Source: Lingula anatina | Taxonomy: Eukaryota > Animalia > Brachiopoda | NCBI GenBank assembly: GCA_051362555.1 | Contig: CM120640.1 | Location: 7,006,001-7,070,000 of the forward strand | Direction of reading: 5' to 3' | Length of the DNA stretch: 64,000 nucleotides | Part shown: in pieces, positions 60,301 to 64,000 of the stretch | Numbering within the stretch: position 1 is the stretch's first letter | Layout of the letters: each line of letters starts with the position of its first letter | Made by a program: the position numbers and the translations under genes | The notes under the pieces: generated by a model | Seen by the model: the letters and a program-made list of their open reading frames with translations, nothing else | Databases searched by the model: none | What the model was told of the DNA's origin: nothing

Positions 60301-62210
60301 CAAACAGTCAACTGAACTTCTACTTGATTATTATTTACTGACATTATTATTTTTAGTGAAAGTCAGATATGCCTCAAATAATCAAATAAAATGATTTGCT
60401 TAAAAAATATAAACGGACAGCTTATGTACCTTATATTTGGTCAGTGTGTCCATCTCTTTCCTCTTTGTCCAGTATCTGACCAGGCAGGCCACCATGCAGA
60501 ATTTGTAGTTGTCTGGTTCTGATGCAGTCAAAAAATCAGCATAGGCAATTGCAGAGTCTGGAACCTAAAATAAAAGGTCACATCTTTCTTCTATATTACA
60601 AACAACAAAGAGAGCAGGATACCAATTCAGACTGCAGGATGTTTATACAGCAATGCATGTTAATAAAACCCCAATAAATCACAATCAAATCAATTCATAC
60701 TTTAATATAGAAACTACTTACAACTATGCAAAAAAGATCTTACTGTCATGGTGATCAAACTGCCAACAGACCAATTTGTCATGATAGTGCCTATCCACGT
60801 ACCTCCTGCCATATCACCTTCATTCTTTTGTAAGCTGCTTCCCTCATAGATTTCTTTGAAGCCCATGCTCCATAGATAAATGCTATCTGCAAGTTCACCT
60901 TAACAAAAAAAAAAAAATCATATATTTTTGATTAATCAACAAAGGAAAGGTTTATTTTGATTCTGTTTCCATCATATTATAATGGACTTCAAAAGAAGTA
61001 AAGGAAACCAAAAACTGCATATCTTTTTATGAACCATTCTTTCAAAAAAAAATTCTTCCGTAGTTTTAAGCTTATCTTGACTGGCCATGTACAAAATATA
61101 TGAAAACAAAGTCTCAATTTTCAGTTCTGATGTTTAGCTAACTAATTATACCAAATGACTTACCAGGTTCTTGAATTCATTTTCTGCACTGGAAACCTTA
61201 GTCTTCAGCCCATATCTGATAGCTATGGTGATCCAAGTAAGGCATACTAAACTCACTGTAGCCATGTGATGACTGGAACTAAAAAAGAAAATAGTAAACC
61301 TGCAATTATTACTTGTTACGTCCACATTTTAACATTGGATGGGCATGCACTTCAAGATTTTAATACCTCAGCAAAATCTAAGACTAGCATGTTTCTGGTG
61401 GCACTTACTCTTTATTCTTAAGCTGGGCCTGCGCTTCATCTTTCAAGGCAGAATACAGCTGTTTTGCTGTGGCTTCTGGATATTTCTCTGCTAATGCTCG
61501 AAGCAGTTCTTTTACAACATGTCTTGATTTAGCATCATGGTATCTTAGTAATGTGAAAGTGAGAAGCTTAATCACTCCCTTGACAGCAGCCTCTGTGAAT
61601 TCTGCAAATAAATATAATTACTGTACCATGTAGAATATTTGCATGTGACAGCACCTGTCAGCCAAGTAAGTGAACCAGTGGCAACTTAATCAGAGATGTT
61701 TGAACTTCCCTATAAAATAATGGGTAAATGAAGAGTAAATTTTGGCTTTAATTTCTATTATCTCTAAAGCATACTCATTAAAATGAGTCTGTTCATCGGA
61801 AACAGAATACAGCAGAATCAGAGCAACAGGGCAAGTGTTTTTTTTAATCGAACAGCTTATTCTACAAAAAAGGAAAGAGAGAAGAAAGAGAAATGGCATA
61901 ATCAAACCAATTCAGTTTTAATCAAAAATTTAAGAAACGTAACTTTTTTCAAAATTCTGTGTTTGACGAAAAAATCAAGGCAAATGCCACGCACTCACCA
62001 GGTCTGGAAACACATGTGGTGACCGCTGCAAATATTTTTCTTCTTTCATTCACCTTTGGAGTGTTGATCGATTTCGAAAACTCCTTAAGGACATCGCCAA
62101 CCTGAAAATCAACGACGGAAATAAAGTCAATTGTAATTTACAAGTCACACTTACCCACAAAACATAAAAGCCGGTGTGTCTGGACAAAATCATACCTTCA
62201 CGTCGGCCAT
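39335..62210 (-). CDS. GCN1: eIF2-alpha kinase GCN2 activator GCN1 (HEAT-repeat protein, >50 exons)
   Basis: Starts MADVK (62210-62196) | [24 protein letters not shown]. Conserved blocks: [156 protein letters not shown]. Last exon 39460-39335 ends DDTMLK*. Confidence 0.97.
50736..51137 (-). other. GC-AG intron in GCN1
   Basis: gcagaaAG|GCAAGT...cgtAG|gttatgg. The frame (MAERLWT) is kept only with the GC donor. Confidence 0.8.
57063..57191. mobile_element. 129-bp MITE, PIF/Harbinger-like, in a GCN1 intron
   Basis: ~35-bp TIRs: ggctccgtatctcgaaaggtttgctatgttgcgca vs the reverse complement of tgcgcaacataatgaacctttccagatatggagcc. CTG lies on both sides (57060-57062, 57192-57194) as a 3-bp TSD. 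Confidence 0.8.
58135..59125 (+). mobile_element. 991-bp non-autonomous DNA transposon, Kolobok-like, in GCN1 intron 58037-59308
   Basis: TTAA at 58131-58134 and 59126-59129. TIRs AGACAGTCTCAGCGCGTTA / TAACCCACTGAGACTGTCT give AG...CT termini. The interior is CpG-rich. Confidence 0.85.
58435..58646 (+). pseudogene. Orphan first coding exon inside the Kolobok-like element
   Basis: aacATGg context; [70 protein letters not shown], followed directly by donor GTGAGT at 58647. I saw no downstream transposase exon. Confidence 0.55.
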
Positions 62211-62531
62211 GTTCCTTGTGCAATAGACCCACAATGCTCTACAATTTAGGTCAAGTAAAAAGTGGATTAAAGTATTCACATGAACCATGGATTGGGGGTA
62301 AACCACATAAATATAATAGAGTTTGTTCCATTTTATTGAGATTTAGAGTTAAAAATATGATGATGGATCACTAAAATACAGGACTGGAGTAAGTTATGGC
62401 CATATAACACTTCCGGTCTCTTTTTAGGTCAGAGGTCATCTGCTTCGTGCACGTGTTGTTGCCTTACAAATGTCCGCTACAAACACTGCTGTTTTACAAA
62501 TATGTAGAATATCATGAATATGTAGTATTTG
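62211..62531. promoter_or_regulatory. Bidirectional promoter GCN1/RAD51D with RAD51D non-coding first exon
   Basis: ETS-type CACTTCCGG at ~62408-62416 and a CpG-rich patch. Donor GTAAGT at 62532 and an acceptor before 63037, upstream of the RAD51D ATG. Confidence 0.6.
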
Positions 62532-63063
62532 GTAAGTGAAGAATCTTGAAAATCTAAAGCAAAAACTGCATAGGGATGTGCTTGTCATCTTGTTTTATCA
62601 TTGGTTTTCTCAAATTGATTTCAATTTTGAACCTCACATTGTAAACAAACCACAATTAAAATGTACATTGTACCTGTAAAACAACATTTCTTAGTATTGA
62701 ACAATGTTATCTCAAACACAACATATTATCTTTATATGTAACAGTACTCAATGTAATCATGTTTGTGCCGAATTGAAGTCCACCCCTCTCAGTTCCGTTT
62801 TTCTGTAGAATTTGACATCATTGGCCAAGACATTGTCACAATCATTATACAGTACTCAGTACTTACCAGTAATAAGTTTCAGTGATAAAATCGCTTCATT
62901 ATTTTTAAATGTGCACTGGTAACATAAAAAGATGCTACTTTTTGTGTGAGTGAAAAAACAGCAAAATTGTAAATGTTGAAGGATAAAAAAAGATGTCTTT
63001 AAATAATCTTACTGGCCTTGTTATTGTTATTCACAGTGCCTGGTGAGTCCCCCACACAGAGAA

Positions 63064-64000
63064 ATGTCACTATTGAAACCTGGACTTTCACCTGTTTTAA
63101 CCCAAGATGTTATAGACACACTGAGACAACAAGGTGTGAGAACTGTGCTTGACTTCTTGGAACACGATGCAGAAGAAATGGTGAAAAAAGCTGGCATTTC
63201 CTACAAAGATGTGCTTGCAATAAGACATGTACTTCTTGCTCAGTATTCGGCTGTCCCAGTCAATGGAGCAGATATGTATGAAGATGCCTTAAACTCAATG
63301 GCAATTCTCCCAACAGGGGTAAAGAGGCAAGTAACTTTTACATTATTTGTTATAGTTGTCAAGGTATGCAGATTTGTAAATTAATCATTACTCATCTTAT
63401 TAAATTTATTTATACTAATACCGCTATGAATAGGCTCTTTAACAAAAAGTTTTCTAGCTGACTTGTCATTTACTCAGTATATGCTATAGTCTTTATTTTT
63501 CTCTTCTTTTCCAGTTTGGATACCATGTTGGATGGAGGTCTATACACCTCTGAGGTCACAGAATTAGTGGGACCAGCTGGAGTTGGGAAGTCCCAGGTAA
63601 AATTATCATGTACTTTTTGCTTTTATCTTGTTGACAGGTGGTGAAAGATTATAGCTTATATCCTTATCCATGAAAGGGAGAGAGGCGTCTGGAAACAGTT
63701 TTTATTCTGCATGCAAACATGTTATGCTGATAAGGATTGTCTTAAAAAATGAGTTTCCATATCAACTATTCACTGTCTGATGCAAAATACCATTTAAGTT
63801 CCAATAAAAATTTCTCTTAATTATCCTTCATCATAACTCTTTTGAAATAGAACTGTCAAAAATGCACTGGAAAACATTTTAATTGAGAGAAAAGTATTAT
63901 AGAATGATGAATAATTAGTATGCAGTTGAACTGAAAATCTCATCTTTTGTTCCAGCTCTGTATGTACATGAGTTTGAACATTTCTCGCAATCTAAAACAG
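63064..64000 (+). CDS. RAD51D: DNA repair protein RAD51 paralog D, 5' part (runs off the right edge)
   Basis: Exons 63064-63326 (MSLLKPGLSPVLT...GISYKDVLAIRHVLLAQYSAVPVNGADMYE...ILPTGVKS), 63515-63596 (LDTMLDGGLYTSEVTELVGPAGVGKSQ, Walker A) and 63956-64000 (LCMYMSLNISRNLKQ). The N-terminus is colinear with RAD51D. Confidence 0.92.
63327..63514 (+). other. GC-AG intron in RAD51D after coding nucleotide 263
   Basis: aagAG|GCAAGT...ccAG|tttggat. The nearby GT at 63331 would cause a frameshift. Confidence 0.85.

Noticed and set aside
39461-62195. Intronic C/D snoRNAs or U12-type introns in GCN1
   Set aside because: By eye I found no correctly spaced C/D boxes with terminal stems and no RTATCCTT donors at the exon boundaries I checked. 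An Infernal scan would be needed to exclude them.
63037-63048. Possible 6-nt exon (AG|tgcctg|GTGAGT) upstream of the RAD51D ATG
   Set aside because: It is non-coding, its use would skip the start codon, and nothing supports it beyond the motif.

Overview
This is a eukaryotic (metazoan, invertebrate-like) gene-dense window with AT-rich introns and visibly CpG-poor gene bodies; the species cannot be fixed from sequence alone. Six intron-rich genes lie in strictly alternating orientation: RAB35 (-, 5' part), ABHD11 (+), BICDL1/BICDR1 (-), CIT citron kinase (+), GCN1 (-) and RAD51D (+, 5' part). They form three head-to-head promoters and two tail-to-tail junctions. Four of them (CIT, BICDL1, RAB35, GCN1) are also neighbours on human 12q24, suggesting ancient microsynteny. 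Intronic mobile DNA includes a miniature LTR element whose LTRs carry a tRNA-like Pol III promoter (Helenus/TRIM-like, with PBS, PPT and 4-bp TSD), a 991-bp TTAA-flanked Kolobok-like element retaining a coding exon, and two palindromic MITEs. Candidate splicing and regulatory features: a UGC-type 15-nt microexon in BICDL1; a 36-nt cassette exon with a CDK site and a duplicated stop-containing acceptor in CIT; two GC-AG introns; a CCAAT/CDE/CHR G2/M promoter for CIT; and back-to-back polyA signals shared by CIT and GCN1. Exon coordinates were derived by hand from GT/GC-AG junctions and frame continuity. No database searches were run, and comparisons with human genes are from recall.
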